From a virus (Duplodnaviria; Heunggongvirae; Uroviricota; Caudoviricetes), in IMG/VR virus record IMGVR_UViG_3300012346_000220, positions 19,826-83,825 of that record: a stretch of DNA of 64,000 nucleotides; one strand, 5' to 3'. Below the pieces are notes generated by a model. That model saw nothing but the letters and a program-made list of their open reading frames with translations. It made no database searches and was not told where the DNA came from. The position numbers were made by a program, and so were the translations under genes. Shown here piece by piece: positions 1-9,714 of the stretch; position 1 is the stretch's first letter; each line of letters opens with the position of its first letter.

Positions 1-762
1 GTCAAGAACGAAGGCTCCGCCATCGCTTACGACAACGCGCAGGAAGCCTTCACTGCACGCTACACCCACGAAACCATCGCTTTGGGCTTCTCCATCACGG
101 AAGAAGCTGTGGAAGACAACCTGTACGACAGTCTGTCTGCCCGCTACACCAAGGCTTTGGCTCGCGGTATGGCTTACACCAAGCAAGTTAAAGCTGCTTC
201 CGTGCTGAACACTGGCTTTGCCGGTACAGCTCTGGGCGGTGATGGCGTGTCTCTGTTCGGTAACAACTCCAGCGGTACTCGCGTTGGTCATCCTTTGGTT
301 GGCGGTGGTGTGAACTACAACAGCCCAACTACTGGCGTTGACTTGAACGAGACATCGTTGGAAAACGCTACCATCCAGATCGCTGCTTGGACGGATGAAC
401 GCGGTCTGTTGATCGCTGCCAAGCCAGTCAAGCTGATTATCCCTCCATCACTGATGTTCGTTGCCAAGCGTTTGCTGGACACCGAACTGCGTGTTGGTAC
501 TGCTGACAACGACATCAACGCGTTGAAGCAAATGGGCACGATCTCTGGCGGCTACACCGTCAACAACTTCTTGACCGACAACAACGCTTGGTTCCTGACC
601 ACAGACGTTCCAAACGGCCTGAAGCACTTCGAGCGTACTGCTCTGTCCACTTCGATGGACGGCGACTTTGATACCGGCAACGTCCGTTACAAAGCCCGCG
701 AGCGTTATTCGTTCGGCTGGTCTGACCCATTGGGTATGTGGGGCTCTTCGGGTTCGTCCTGA
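1..762 (+). CDS. Major capsid-like protein, C-terminal portion (5' partial, enters from upstream of window)
   Basis: Reading frame is open from nt 1 and is the same frame as ORF 82..762. A strong tandem hairpin/terminator follows. It sits at the head of the structural block. Identity is inferred from context and composition only. Confidence 0.45.
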   Translation, partial: VKNEGSAIAYDNAQEAFTARYTHETIALGFSITEEAVEDNLYDSLSARYTKALARGMAYTKQVKAASVLNTGFAGTALGGDGVSLFGNNSSGTRVGHPLVGGGVNYNSPTTGVDLNETSLENATIQIAAWTDERGLLIAAKPVKLIIPPSLMFVAKRLLDTELRVGTADNDINALKQMGTISGGYTVNNFLTDNNAWFLTTDVPNGLKHFERTALSTSMDGDFDTGNVRYKARERYSFGWSDPLGMWGSSGSS

Positions 763-812
763 TAGAATCCGCGTGGGCTTAGCCCACGAGGTCGTCTTTC
801 GGCGGCTGACTG

Positions 813-842
813 AAAAAGGGGCCTTGTGCCCCTTTTTCTTTT
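813..842 (+). terminator. Intrinsic terminator after capsid-like gene (preceded by a second hairpin at 772..788)
   Basis: GGGGC-CUUGU-GCCCC stem-loop at 818..832 followed by UUUUUCUUUU. The upstream hairpin is CGTGGGC-TTA-GCCCACG. Confidence 0.7.
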
Positions 843-941
843 GGTGTATATTGCACCAAATCCCGGACTTTCCGGTGTATCTGACGGCTCCGGGCCGACG
901 TCATGCAGACAGATACGCCTTAACTGCATGAAGGAAAAATC

Positions 942-1475
942 ATGGCTCAGACTACTTTTCAAGGCCCAGTACGTTCTTTGGCTGGCTTTATCTCCCAAGG
1001 CCCCGCCACTGTGGTGAATTTGGCCAACGGAACCAACACCGTGACTCTGGATGTCGCCTCGTACGCAGGCAAGACCATCCGCACCAACGATGCTACTTTG
1101 GTCATCACGCTGCCCACCATCAACACCACAGCCAACCCTGTGACTTCTGGCCCCGGCCAAGACCCCAACACTGTGAACAACGTGGGCACAACCTACACTT
1201 TCGTGGTTGAGACTACTGCGTCTGCCTTGTCGATCGTCACTGACGGCACTGACAAGTTTGTGGGCTCCATGCTGATGGTTGACACTGACAGCTCTGGCGC
1301 TGTAACAGCTTTTGCTCCAGCATCGTCCAACGACGTCATCACTTTCAACGGCACGACCACTGGCGGTATCGCTGGTTCGACCGTTACCGTTACTGTGTTG
1401 TCTGCCAACAAGTACATGGTGACTGGCGTGGCTCTGGCCTCTGGCTCTGTTGTCACCCCCTTTGCTGACGCTTAA
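942..1475 (+). CDS. Hypothetical virion protein (Thr/Val/Ser-rich, beta-rich; possible head decoration or fibre)
   Basis: ATG at 942 is preceded by AAGGAAAAATC. Thr/Val/Ser-rich 177-aa ORF immediately downstream of the capsid terminator. Confidence 0.4.
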   Translation: MAQTTFQGPVRSLAGFISQGPATVVNLANGTNTVTLDVASYAGKTIRTNDATLVITLPTINTTANPVTSGPGQDPNTVNNVGTTYTFVVETTASALSIVTDGTDKFVGSMLMVDTDSSGAVTAFAPASSNDVITFNGTTTGGIAGSTVTVTVLSANKYMVTGVALASGSVVTPFADA

Positions 1476-1518
1476 TTGATCTCGGGGGCTTCGGCCCCTG
1501 TTTTAAAGGAGATTAGTT

Positions 1519-2037
1519 ATGACGATGCAGACCGATGTCAAACAAGGACACCTAAACCAAAGTGGTTTTTTTGTTCTTGGCAGAAACCGCGTCAAGGGCA
1601 TTTCGTTCTTCGGCAGCGGCACGGACGCTACTTTGGTGTTGTTCGATACAACTTCCGCTCCGGTAACGGCCAGTGTGACGTACGCACGTTCCGGCACAAC
1701 AGTGACGGTGACAAAAGTGGCGCACGGTTTGGTTACAGGCGATGTTGTTGGCATTCACTTTGACCGCAACACAAGCGTTTCCGCAACAGACGGCAACTAC
1801 ACCATTACCAGAACTGGTGCAGACACCTTCACTCTGACTGACATCAACAGCGGCACGATCACGTCTACTGCGGCTGCGTACGTGAGTGGTGGCGGTCGTT
1901 GGTTGATGACCTACGAAATTGACAGCACGGACACTTTTAGTAACGCGCCGTTTATTCCGGGCGAGGGCGTGCTTGCCTACAGCGGTATTTATGCGTTGAT
2001 GACCAACATTGACTCGACGCAGATTTACTATGGCTAA
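1519..2037 (+). CDS. Hypothetical virion protein
   Basis: 172-aa ORF in the structural block. Composition resembles the preceding gene. Confidence 0.4.
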   Translation: MTMQTDVKQGHLNQSGFFVLGRNRVKGISFFGSGTDATLVLFDTTSAPVTASVTYARSGTTVTVTKVAHGLVTGDVVGIHFDRNTSVSATDGNYTITRTGADTFTLTDINSGTITSTAAAYVSGGGRWLMTYEIDSTDTFSNAPFIPGEGVLAYSGIYALMTNIDSTQIYYG

Positions 2038-2284
2038 GACCGCAGCATGGACACGCAAAGAAGGCAAGTCCGAGAAGGGCGGCTTGAACGCGAAAGGGCG
2101 GGCGTCTTACAACAAGGCGAACCCCGGCAAGCCCGGCCTGAAGGCTCCCCAGCCCGAGGGCGGCAAACGCCGCGACTCTTTCTGCGCCCGTATGGAAGGC
2201 ATGAAGAAGAAGCTGACCAGCGAGAAAACGGCCAAAGACCCGGACTCACGCATCAACAAAAGCCTGCGGGCTTGGAAGTGCTGA
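2030..2284 (+). CDS. Small Lys/Gly-rich basic protein (member 1 of a 5-gene family)
   Basis: Internal ATG chosen at 2030 (MAKTAAW...). K/G/P-rich. Shares a K..GG.T / KPG motif with four neighbouring small ORFs. Confidence 0.4.
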   Translation: MAKTAAWTRKEGKSEKGGLNAKGRASYNKANPGKPGLKAPQPEGGKRRDSFCARMEGMKKKLTSEKTAKDPDSRINKSLRAWKC

Positions 2285-2285
2285 C

Positions 2286-2531
2286 ATGGAAATGATGCTT
2301 TGGAACGCAGCCCTGAGCGCCATTGTGGCGATCATGGGCTTTTTGCTCAAAGGTAAGTTTGACGAGCTGGATCGGCTCAGCATTTTGCTGAACCGCACTC
2401 GTGAAGAAGTTGCTCGTGACCACATTACCCGTGCGGAGTTCCGTGCGGACATGCAGCAGTTGTTGGACAGATTTGATCGCCTTGAGCGCAAGATCGACAA
2501 CCTGCGAGGCAACAATGCCAAGCACGAGTAA
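2286..2531 (+). CDS. Small membrane-anchored coiled-coil protein
   Basis: N-terminal hydrophobic helix (LWNAALSAIVAIMGFLL) followed by a charged helical region. Confidence 0.4.
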   Translation: MEMMLWNAALSAIVAIMGFLLKGKFDELDRLSILLNRTREEVARDHITRAEFRADMQQLLDRFDRLERKIDNLRGNNAKHE

Positions 2532-2862
2532 AAAACAGCACAACTTCATGAACGCCGTGGCGCATAGCCCAGCGTTTGCGAAGAAGGTAGGCGTCCCACA
2601 ATCCGTGGGCAAAGATTTTTCAACTGCGGACAAAAACCGCAAATTCAAAGAAGGTGGTGACACTATGGCAACGAAAATGAACGCAGGCTTTGAAGCAATG
2701 ATGGCCAAGAAAAAAGGTGCCCCTGCCAAGAAAATGGCTCTGGGCGGCGCGACCAAGATGGGCTCTGTCAAGACAGGCGCTCCAAGCCGTGACGGTATTG
2801 CCACCAAAGGCAAGACCAAAGGCACTATGGTCACTATGAAGTCCGGCGGCAAGACCTGCTGA
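2515..2862 (+). CDS. Small Lys-rich basic protein (family member 2)
   Basis: Start taken at the internal ATG at 2515 (MPSTSKK...). Repeated KK.G/KTG motifs. Confidence 0.4.
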   Translation: MPSTSKKQHNFMNAVAHSPAFAKKVGVPQSVGKDFSTADKNRKFKEGGDTMATKMNAGFEAMMAKKKGAPAKKMALGGATKMGSVKTGAPSRDGIATKGKTKGTMVTMKSGGKTC

Positions 2863-2863
2863 C

Positions 2864-3097
2864 ATGATGGCCAGTCGCGGCATGGGGGACATCGCCCCCT
2901 CCAAAATGCCCAAAGGCGTGAAAAAAGCACGCCGGGATGACACCGACTTCACGCAGTACGCTGAAGGCGGCAAGGTGGGGCTCTATGCCAACATCAACGC
3001 CAAGCGTGCTCGTGGGGCCAAGATGCGCAAGCCGGGGCAAAAAGGTGCTCCCACTGCGCAGGCATTCATTGACTCGGCAAAAACCGCAAAGAAGTAA
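2864..3097 (+). CDS. Small Lys/Arg-rich basic protein (family member 3)
   Basis: 77 aa, with a KRARGAKMRKPGQKGAP motif. Confidence 0.4.
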   Translation: MMASRGMGDIAPSKMPKGVKKARRDDTDFTQYAEGGKVGLYANINAKRARGAKMRKPGQKGAPTAQAFIDSAKTAKK

Positions 3098-3100
3098 CCC

Positions 3101-3799
3101 ATGGCAACCTCCGGCACATCCACATTCAACCTCGACTTGACGGAGATCGTTGAGGAGGCGTTTGAGCGCGTGGGCTCCGAGATGCGCACGGGCTACGACC
3201 TGCGTACGGCCCGCCGGTCGTTGAACCTGATGTTTGCTGACTGGGCAAACCGCGGCATCAACATGTGGACGTTCGAGCAGGGCTCGATTGCGCTGGTGGC
3301 AGGCACGGCAACCTACGACCTTCCGGCCGACACGGTGGACCTGCTTGAGCAAGTCATTCGCACCGGTGCGGGCAGCGCGTCGACACAGGCCGACCTGACC
3401 ATCACGCGTATCAGCGTCTCGACCTACGCCACGATCCCCAACAAGCTGCAACAGGCCCGACCCATTCAGGTCTGGATTGAGCGCTTGAACACACCGCGTA
3501 TCACCGTTTGGCCCGTGCCGGACGACAGCCAGCCATACACCTTCGTGTACTGGCGCATGAAGCGCATTCAAGATGCAGGCAACGGCGTCAACACAATGGA
3601 CATGCCTTTCCGGTTTATCCCGTGCATGGTGGCAGGCTTGGCCTATTACTTGGCCCTGAAGGTGCCCGGCGGTGCCGAGCGTCTGCCCGTGTTGAAGCAG
3701 CAGTACGACGAAGCGTGGCAGTTGGCCAGCGATGAGGACCGCGAAAAAGCGTCTGTCCGATTTGTGCCACGTCAGATGTTCATTGGAAGCGGTACGTAA
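3101..3799 (+). CDS. Hypothetical virion protein (possible head-tail adaptor)
   Basis: 232-aa ORF tightly packed in the structural block. No diagnostic motif recognised. Confidence 0.35.
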   Translation: MATSGTSTFNLDLTEIVEEAFERVGSEMRTGYDLRTARRSLNLMFADWANRGINMWTFEQGSIALVAGTATYDLPADTVDLLEQVIRTGAGSASTQADLTITRISVSTYATIPNKLQQARPIQVWIERLNTPRITVWPVPDDSQPYTFVYWRMKRIQDAGNGVNTMDMPFRFIPCMVAGLAYYLALKVPGGAERLPVLKQQYDEAWQLASDEDREKASVRFVPRQMFIGSGT

Positions 3800-4192
3800 A
3801 TGGGAAACCGTTTTGCTTCCGGCAAGAACTCGATCGCCATGTGCGATCGTTGCGGCTTTCAGTTTAAGCTGACCGCGCTGCGCAAGGAAGTGATTAAGAC
3901 CAAGTTGTACAACATCATGGTGTGCGACTCGTGCTGGGACCCCGATCAGCCGCAGTTGCTGCTGGGTATGTATCCGGTGGATGACCCGCAGGCTGTACGC
4001 AACCCGCGTAGAGACACGACGTACATCACAGCAGGTGTCAACCCGGACGGGTACACTACGGGAGGTTCTCGGGATATTCAGTGGGGGTGGGCTCCCGTAG
4101 GGGGGTCTCGGTTCTTTGACAACGAGCTGACGCCAAATAACTTGGCGTTGAACGTGGAAATTGGTACAGTAACAGTACAAATAGGAGTCTGA
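3800..4192 (+). CDS. Zinc-ribbon (CxxC...CxxC) virion-associated protein
   Basis: An N-terminal CDRCG...CDSC four-cysteine motif. Confidence 0.4.
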   Translation: MGNRFASGKNSIAMCDRCGFQFKLTALRKEVIKTKLYNIMVCDSCWDPDQPQLLLGMYPVDDPQAVRNPRRDTTYITAGVNPDGYTTGGSRDIQWGWAPVGGSRFFDNELTPNNLALNVEIGTVTVQIGV

Positions 4193-4193
4193 C

Positions 4194-4376
4194 ATGGACA
4201 AAAAAGATTTGAAGCAGGACAAGAAGATGGTCGCGGGCGCAGTGCACAAGCACGAGAAAGCCATGCACCCCGGCAAGCCGATGACCAAGCTTCGCGCTGG
4301 CGGCAAGACCAACAGCGATATGCTGAAGATGGGTCGCGGATTGGCCAAAGTTGCCAACCAAAAAGCAAAGGGTTAA
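4194..4376 (+). CDS. Small Lys-rich basic protein (family member 4)
   Basis: 60 aa. Motif KLRAGGKTNSDMLKMG resembles members 2 and 3. Confidence 0.4.
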   Translation: MDKKDLKQDKKMVAGAVHKHEKAMHPGKPMTKLRAGGKTNSDMLKMGRGLAKVANQKAKG

Positions 4377-4378
4377 TC

Positions 4379-4582
4379 ATGGCCACGTACCGCTCCCCCA
4401 AACCCGCTGCTACGCAAGCGGTGTTGCCCGACACGGACAACAAGAAGTACATGCGCGACATGAACGTCTCTGTGGGCACAAACCACAGCAACGACTACAA
4501 GCCAACCAAGACTTCGGGTATCAAAATCCGAGGTACTGGCTGTGCCACCAAAGGCGTGATGGCTAGAGGGCCGCTTGCCTGA
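4379..4582 (+). CDS. Small basic protein (family member 5)
   Basis: 67 aa, with a KPTKTSGIKIRGTGCATKG motif. Confidence 0.35.
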   Translation: MATYRSPKPAATQAVLPDTDNKKYMRDMNVSVGTNHSNDYKPTKTSGIKIRGTGCATKGVMARGPLA

Positions 4583-4584
4583 TT

Positions 4585-5274
4585 ATGAGCACGCCTGTTG
4601 CTATCTACAAAATTCAAAATGCCGTTGATGGCAGGATGTACATCGGGCAATCGGTGAATCCTGCACAACGCGCAAAAAGACATTTTTGGAAAAACAACAA
4701 GTGCGTCAAACTAGGTAATGCCCTCCAGCGTCACGGGCACAACGCATTTTCGTTCTCCGTTTTGTACTGGTGTAAAGACAAGGCTGATGCAAACGAAGTT
4801 GAGGCGTTGCTGATAGATTTAGGCGACACACGCGAAAACGGTTACAACATAACTCCCGGCGGTTATGGAACAGGCGCAGGACAAGACAACCCGTTCTTTG
4901 GTAGGCAGCACACCGCAGAAACGAAAGCACAGCTTTCGGAGGGTAAGCGCGGTGTACCGATGCCAGAAAGCGTGCGCCAAAAGATTGCAGCCGCCAACAG
5001 AAACCGTACAATGGCGGAGGCTACCAAAGAAAAACTTCGGGCTCGCCCAAAGTCAGATTTGTGCAGCATGCAGACGGCGAAAGCAAACCGCGCACGGGTT
5101 TGGACGGAGGAGTCCAAGGAAAAACTTGCAGCGCAAAACCGGGGAAAAAAGATGTCGGAAGAAGCGCGTTTGAAGATAGCCGCCGCAAACAAGCGTCGTG
5201 TTTGGTCGGCGGAGTCCCGCGCTAAGCTGTCCGCTTCCAAGAGTAAGGTAGAGCATGAACTACACCCAGCTTAA
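4585..5274 (+). CDS. GIY-YIG homing endonuclease with C-terminal NUMOD3-like repeats
   Basis: IYKI...YIGQS...R..H...NGYN GIY-YIG core. About four repeats of a K..LS/A..R.G helix motif. Inserted between structural genes. Confidence 0.8.
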   Translation: MSTPVAIYKIQNAVDGRMYIGQSVNPAQRAKRHFWKNNKCVKLGNALQRHGHNAFSFSVLYWCKDKADANEVEALLIDLGDTRENGYNITPGGYGTGAGQDNPFFGRQHTAETKAQLSEGKRGVPMPESVRQKIAAANRNRTMAEATKEKLRARPKSDLCSMQTAKANRARVWTEESKEKLAAQNRGKKMSEEARLKIAAANKRRVWSAESRAKLSASKSKVEHELHPA

Positions 5275-5911
5275 AGCGGCGATCATCGCCTACACGGAGA
5301 ATCAGGACACGTCGTTTGAGACGGAGATACCTGTCTTCGTGCAGCAGGCTGAGCAGCGCATTTACAACTCGGTGCAGTTCCCCTCCCTGCGTAAGAACGT
5401 CACAGGCACGACCACGGCAAGTAACAAATACTTGGAGTGCCCACTGGACTTCTTGGCCCCGTATTCTTTGGCGGTGATTGATGCCACGGGCGCGTACGAG
5501 TACTTGCTCAACAAGGACGTGAACTTCATCCGTCAGGCGTACCCCATCCCGACATCGACCGGGTTGCCCAAGTACTACGCGCTGTTTGGCCCACGATCGG
5601 ATAACGAAAATGAACTCACGTTCATCCTTGGCCCAACGCCTGCGGCAGCGTACGGCGTTGAGCTGCACTACTTCTATTACCCTGAGTCAATTGTTGACGC
5701 AGGTACTTCGTGGCTTGGTGACAATTTCGACTCTGTGCTTCTTTATGGTTCGCTGATCGAGGCGTACACGTACATGAAGGGTGAGCAGGACATGCTGACC
5801 TTGTACAACCAGAAGTTCATGGAAGCGCTTGCGTTGGCCAAACGTCTGGGGGATGGTATGGATCGTCAGGATGCCTACCGCTCTGGCCAATTCCGCCAGA
5901 AAGTGACCTGA
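5255..5911 (+). CDS. Hypothetical virion structural protein
   Basis: 218-aa ORF within the structural block. Confidence 0.35.
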   Translation: MNYTQLKAAIIAYTENQDTSFETEIPVFVQQAEQRIYNSVQFPSLRKNVTGTTTASNKYLECPLDFLAPYSLAVIDATGAYEYLLNKDVNFIRQAYPIPTSTGLPKYYALFGPRSDNENELTFILGPTPAAAYGVELHYFYYPESIVDAGTSWLGDNFDSVLLYGSLIEAYTYMKGEQDMLTLYNQKFMEALALAKRLGDGMDRQDAYRSGQFRQKVT

Positions 5912-5912
5912 T

Positions 5913-6359
5913 ATGACCATCGCACAAACCGCAACAACCAGCTTCAAAGTGGAGTTGCCGCAAGGCATTCACAACTTTGGCCCCACATCGCCGGACACGT
6001 TTAAGATTGCGCTGTACACAGCCGCTGCCACGCTGGATGCGTCCACTACGGTGTACACAACCACGGGCGAAACTGCCGGAACGGGCTATACGGCCGGAGG
6101 CAACACGCTGACCATCAGTGTGACCCCTGTTGCAGCAAACAACAGCGCCGGGATGCCTACGTCTTATTGGTCTTTTGCCAACACGTCGTGGACCGGGGCA
6201 TCCTTTACGGCCCGTGGGGCGTTGATTTACAACGCAACCGAAGGCAACAAGTCTGTTGCAGTGTTGGACTTCGGGTCTGACAAAACGGTCAGCGACACCA
6301 CGTTTCAAATTGTTTTCCCAACTCCCGATGCCAACAGCGCAATCGTGCGCATTTCGTAA
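5913..6359 (+). CDS. Hypothetical virion structural protein (beta-rich)
   Basis: 148 aa, Thr/Ala/Ser-rich. Confidence 0.35.
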   Translation: MTIAQTATTSFKVELPQGIHNFGPTSPDTFKIALYTAAATLDASTTVYTTTGETAGTGYTAGGNTLTISVTPVAANNSAGMPTSYWSFANTSWTGASFTARGALIYNATEGNKSVAVLDFGSDKTVSDTTFQIVFPTPDANSAIVRIS

Positions 6360-6368
6360 GGACCCATC

Positions 6369-6932
6369 ATGACTACAGACCGCATCAATGCCGCCGACAA
6401 GGTGGAAGCTGCTTGCAGCTACAACACACAACCTGCTGACCAGATGAGCATTCAAGGCTCGTACCATGCCGTCTGCTACGACGCGCAGGGCAACGTCAAG
6501 TGGGAAGACGACATCAAGAACTTGGTCACAACCGTGGGCAAGAACCTGACGCTGGACACCATTCTTGGCAACTCCGCTGCTGGCGCTGTTGTGATGGGCC
6601 TCAAAGGCACTGGCACAGCCGTGGTAGCCGACACACAGTCTTCTCACGCAAGCTGGTTGGAAGTGGGTTTGGCCAACGCCCCCACATACTCTGGTAACCG
6701 CAAGACCCCAACATTCGGCGCGGCTGCGGCAGGCGTTAAGGCCACATCTTCGGCTTCCACCTTCTCGATCACATCGACGGGCACGGTCGCTGGCTGCTTC
6801 ATCAACATCGGCGGCAGCGCAACAATCGACAACACCACAGGCACACTGTTCTCGGCTGGCGACTTCTCCAGCTCCAAAGCGGTTGTAAACGGTGATTCGA
6901 TTGCTGTCAGCTACTCTGCAACATTGACCTAA
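6369..6932 (+). CDS. Hypothetical virion structural protein
   Basis: 187 aa. Confidence 0.35.
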   Translation: MTTDRINAADKVEAACSYNTQPADQMSIQGSYHAVCYDAQGNVKWEDDIKNLVTTVGKNLTLDTILGNSAAGAVVMGLKGTGTAVVADTQSSHASWLEVGLANAPTYSGNRKTPTFGAAAAGVKATSSASTFSITSTGTVAGCFINIGGSATIDNTTGTLFSAGDFSSSKAVVNGDSIAVSYSATLT

Positions 6933-6934
6933 TC

Positions 6935-7756
6935 ATGGCCGGACGTGCTTGGGGCGTAGGAGCTTGGGGCGCTGGTGGCTGGGGCGGCATTACCGCTTTC
7001 AGCGACAGCGTGGACGAGTCCGTCTCAATCACGGAAGAGCAAACGAGCGCTACAACTTTTGCGCTGTCTGTTACAGAGAACCTTGTAGCCCAAACCGGTT
7101 GGGGCGTTGGCGCGTGGGGCAGCAGTGCTTGGGGCGGATACAACACCATTTCGGACGCGCAGACGGTTGCGCTGACAATGAATGTCGCGGTGTCGGAGAC
7201 GGCCGAGCTTGCAGAAGCGCAGACGGCCTTGACGACGTACACTGCGGCTGTTTCGGATACGGCGGCGCTGACCGAAACACAGGCGATAGAGGCGACGTTT
7301 GCTTTTGTTGTGTCGGAAAGTGCGGCGATCACGGAAGATCAGACGCTTGCTGCTACGTTTGCGTTCAGCGTTAACGAGTCCGTAGCTACCAGCACAGAAG
7401 AGATTGTTGGCACGGCGTTCAACGAAACAGTTGACGACAGCGTAGCGATTAGTGCGGATGAGGCTGCGGCCACGACGTACAACAGTCTGTCGGTGTCTGA
7501 GTCTGCGGAGCTTGCAGCGACACAAGAAGCGGCGGTGGCGTTTGTTGCCTCGATCAACGAGTTGGCAGAGCTGACGGCACAGGAGTTTGCGGGTACGTCG
7601 TACAACGTGAGCAGGCAGGAGACGGCCATAATCACGGAAACACAGACGGGCCGCTTCTTTTGGGAGCCAGTGGATGACACGCAAGACGCTAACTGGCAAA
7701 ATATCACAAATCCGCAATCCGCTGCTTGGACGGCGGTTGCTACTCAGGAGTCATAA
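6935..7756 (+). CDS. Tandem-repeat fibrous virion protein (about 8 x 20-aa S-E-T/S-A...Q-T repeats, N-terminal GWGVGAWG motifs)
   Basis: Repeat units such as VSETAELAEAQTALTTYTAA / VSDTAALTETQAIEATFAFV can be read directly. A WG-rich motif occurs twice at the N-terminus. Confidence 0.45.
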   Translation: MAGRAWGVGAWGAGGWGGITAFSDSVDESVSITEEQTSATTFALSVTENLVAQTGWGVGAWGSSAWGGYNTISDAQTVALTMNVAVSETAELAEAQTALTTYTAAVSDTAALTETQAIEATFAFVVSESAAITEDQTLAATFAFSVNESVATSTEEIVGTAFNETVDDSVAISADEAAATTYNSLSVSESAELAATQEAAVAFVASINELAELTAQEFAGTSYNVSRQETAIITETQTGRFFWEPVDDTQDANWQNITNPQSAAWTAVATQES

Positions 7757-8794
7757 ATGACAACAGGAAATACCACACTGCTCGGACTGGCGCTGCCGGT
7801 TGAAGGCGAACTCGACGGCACATGGGGCGATGTTGTCAACGACTCGATCACCTCGCTGGTGGACTCCGCTGTGGCGGGGACGACAACACTGAGCACAGAC
7901 GCAGACGTCACGCTGACCACCACGGTCCTTGCGGCAAACCAAGCGCGTCAGGCGGTGCTTCTGTGGACGGCCAGTAACGGAGCAACCACACGCAACATCA
8001 CCGCCCCCGCTCAAAGCAAGCCGTACATCGTCATCAACGCGGGCACAGGCTCCGTTGTTCTGCGCGGCGCAGGCCCTACGACGGGCGTGACAGTCGTGTC
8101 TGGCGAGAAATGCTTGGCCGCATGGAACGGCTCGGACTTTGTGAAGATCGCTACCAGCGCCACTGCCACGGGCACAGTTACCGCTGTCTCTGTTGCTTCC
8201 GCCAACGGTTTTGCAGGCTCCAGTTCCGGCGGCGCAACTCCTGCGCTGACGTTGTCTACGTCGATTACCGGCGTTTTGAAGGGTAACGGCACTGCTTTGT
8301 CTGCTGCCACTGCCGGTACAGACTACTTGGCTCCCCCAAGCGGAACGGCGCTGCTCAAAGCAAACTCCGGCGGAGCACTGGCAAACGCCACGGCGGGCAC
8401 AGACTACGTGACGCCAACCGGCGCAGAGACCATGACCAACAAGACCGTTGAGGCGGGCACGTTCACCAACGGGTACACCGAAGAAGTCGCTACTGCCAAC
8501 ACCAGCACGGCCTACACCATTGATTTGGCCAACGGCTCTGTGCAGTACCTAACGCTGACGGGCAACTGCACCTACACCTTCCCAACCCCTGTGGCTGGCA
8601 AGTCGTTCACGCTGATTCAAAAGCAAGACGGCACAGGTGGCCGCACGGTGACTTGGCCTGCGTCTGTTGACTGGCCCGGAGCAACTGCACCAACATTGAC
8701 CAGCACAGCATCAAAAGCGGACAAGTTTGTTTTTACAGCCATCGACGGCTCCAACTGGCTTGGAAGTGTTGCTGGTCAGAATTACACAGTTTGA
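7757..8794 (+). CDS. Tail fibre protein
   Basis: Fibre-like N-terminus MTTGNTTLLGLALP..GELDGTWGD. An internal repeated ATAGTDY(L/V) motif. Thr/Ala/Gly-rich. Confidence 0.6.
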   Translation: MTTGNTTLLGLALPVEGELDGTWGDVVNDSITSLVDSAVAGTTTLSTDADVTLTTTVLAANQARQAVLLWTASNGATTRNITAPAQSKPYIVINAGTGSVVLRGAGPTTGVTVVSGEKCLAAWNGSDFVKIATSATATGTVTAVSVASANGFAGSSSGGATPALTLSTSITGVLKGNGTALSAATAGTDYLAPPSGTALLKANSGGALANATAGTDYVTPTGAETMTNKTVEAGTFTNGYTEEVATANTSTAYTIDLANGSVQYLTLTGNCTYTFPTPVAGKSFTLIQKQDGTGGRTVTWPASVDWPGATAPTLTSTASKADKFVFTAIDGSNWLGSVAGQNYTV

Positions 8795-8802
8795 GGTGAG
8801 CA

Positions 8803-9705
8803 ATGTTTTCATCAAATACAACAGGAGATACTGAAGTGCCAAGAGGTGAATCAACTTATGCAATTCCGGGAACCTTTACATGGGTTTGTCCGGCTGGTGT
8901 GACTTCTGTCAGCGTTGTTTGCGTTGGAGGCGGCGGAGGAAGTGCAAGCGATACATCGAACGTAGCTCCGGGTGGCGGTGGCGGTGGCGGCGCACTTGCT
9001 TACGTAAACAATATTTCGGTTACCCCCGGAACCTCATACAACGTTGTTGTTGGGAAAGGCGGGATTATTGGTCGAGCTAATAGTGTTGGCCAAGCAGGGG
9101 GAGACTCTTATTTTGCGGGCGGAACTGTCTACGCTGGCGGCGGACAGGGCGGAGCGGACTATACCTACCTAGGTGGAGCTGGCGGGGCTGGCGGCACTGT
9201 CTCGGCAGGCTCCGGTGGGGCTGGTGGTCGCGGAGGAAACTCGGACTCGCTGTATGCAGGTGGCGGCGGGGGCGCTGGAGGCTATGCTGGCGCTGGCGGT
9301 CGTGGTGGTGACACTAACGCCAGCTCTGTCGCAGGCTCGGGAGGTGGTGCAAGTGGTGGAGGTGGAGCCACTTCAAGCGGCACGTACAACTACAGCTCTG
9401 GAGGTGGTGGTGGCGTTGGTTTGTTGGGGCAAGGCTCTAGCGGCGCTTCTGCATCCGCAGGTGTCGGCGGAAACGGCGGCTCAGGCGGTGCTAGTGGCAC
9501 TAACGGTGGAGCGTCCACTGGCGGCGCTGGCACTGTGCGGGTTGGCGGCAATCCGGGGTTGTTTGGCGGAGGCGGTGCAACTTCTCTTGCGTCGTCGTCC
9601 GGCACCGTTATTCCTACTTCAACCCCCGGCGCATCCGGCGCAGTTCGTATTGTTTGGCCCGGTGCAACTCGCACATTCCCATCCACTGACGTTGGCACAC
9701 CATAA
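8803..9705 (+). CDS. Glycine-rich tail fibre/appendage protein
   Basis: Long GG.GG low-complexity beta-helix-like tracts. Lies downstream of the tail fibre gene. Confidence 0.5.
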   Translation: MFSSNTTGDTEVPRGESTYAIPGTFTWVCPAGVTSVSVVCVGGGGGSASDTSNVAPGGGGGGGALAYVNNISVTPGTSYNVVVGKGGIIGRANSVGQAGGDSYFAGGTVYAGGGQGGADYTYLGGAGGAGGTVSAGSGGAGGRGGNSDSLYAGGGGGAGGYAGAGGRGGDTNASSVAGSGGGASGGGGATSSGTYNYSSGGGGGVGLLGQGSSGASASAGVGGNGGSGGASGTNGGASTGGAGTVRVGGNPGLFGGGGATSLASSSGTVIPTSTPGASGAVRIVWPGATRTFPSTDVGTP

Positions 9706-9714
9706 GGAAAAATC

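Noticed and set aside
2834-4357. 507-aa minus-strand ORF across the structural block (and similar: 12541..13572, 20329..21237, 25489..26970, 32122..33246 on the opposite strand of real genes)
   Set aside because: These are antisense to densely packed, motif-bearing genes in high-GC DNA. They are Arg/Ala/Cys-rich junk translations typical of GC-rich antisense frames.
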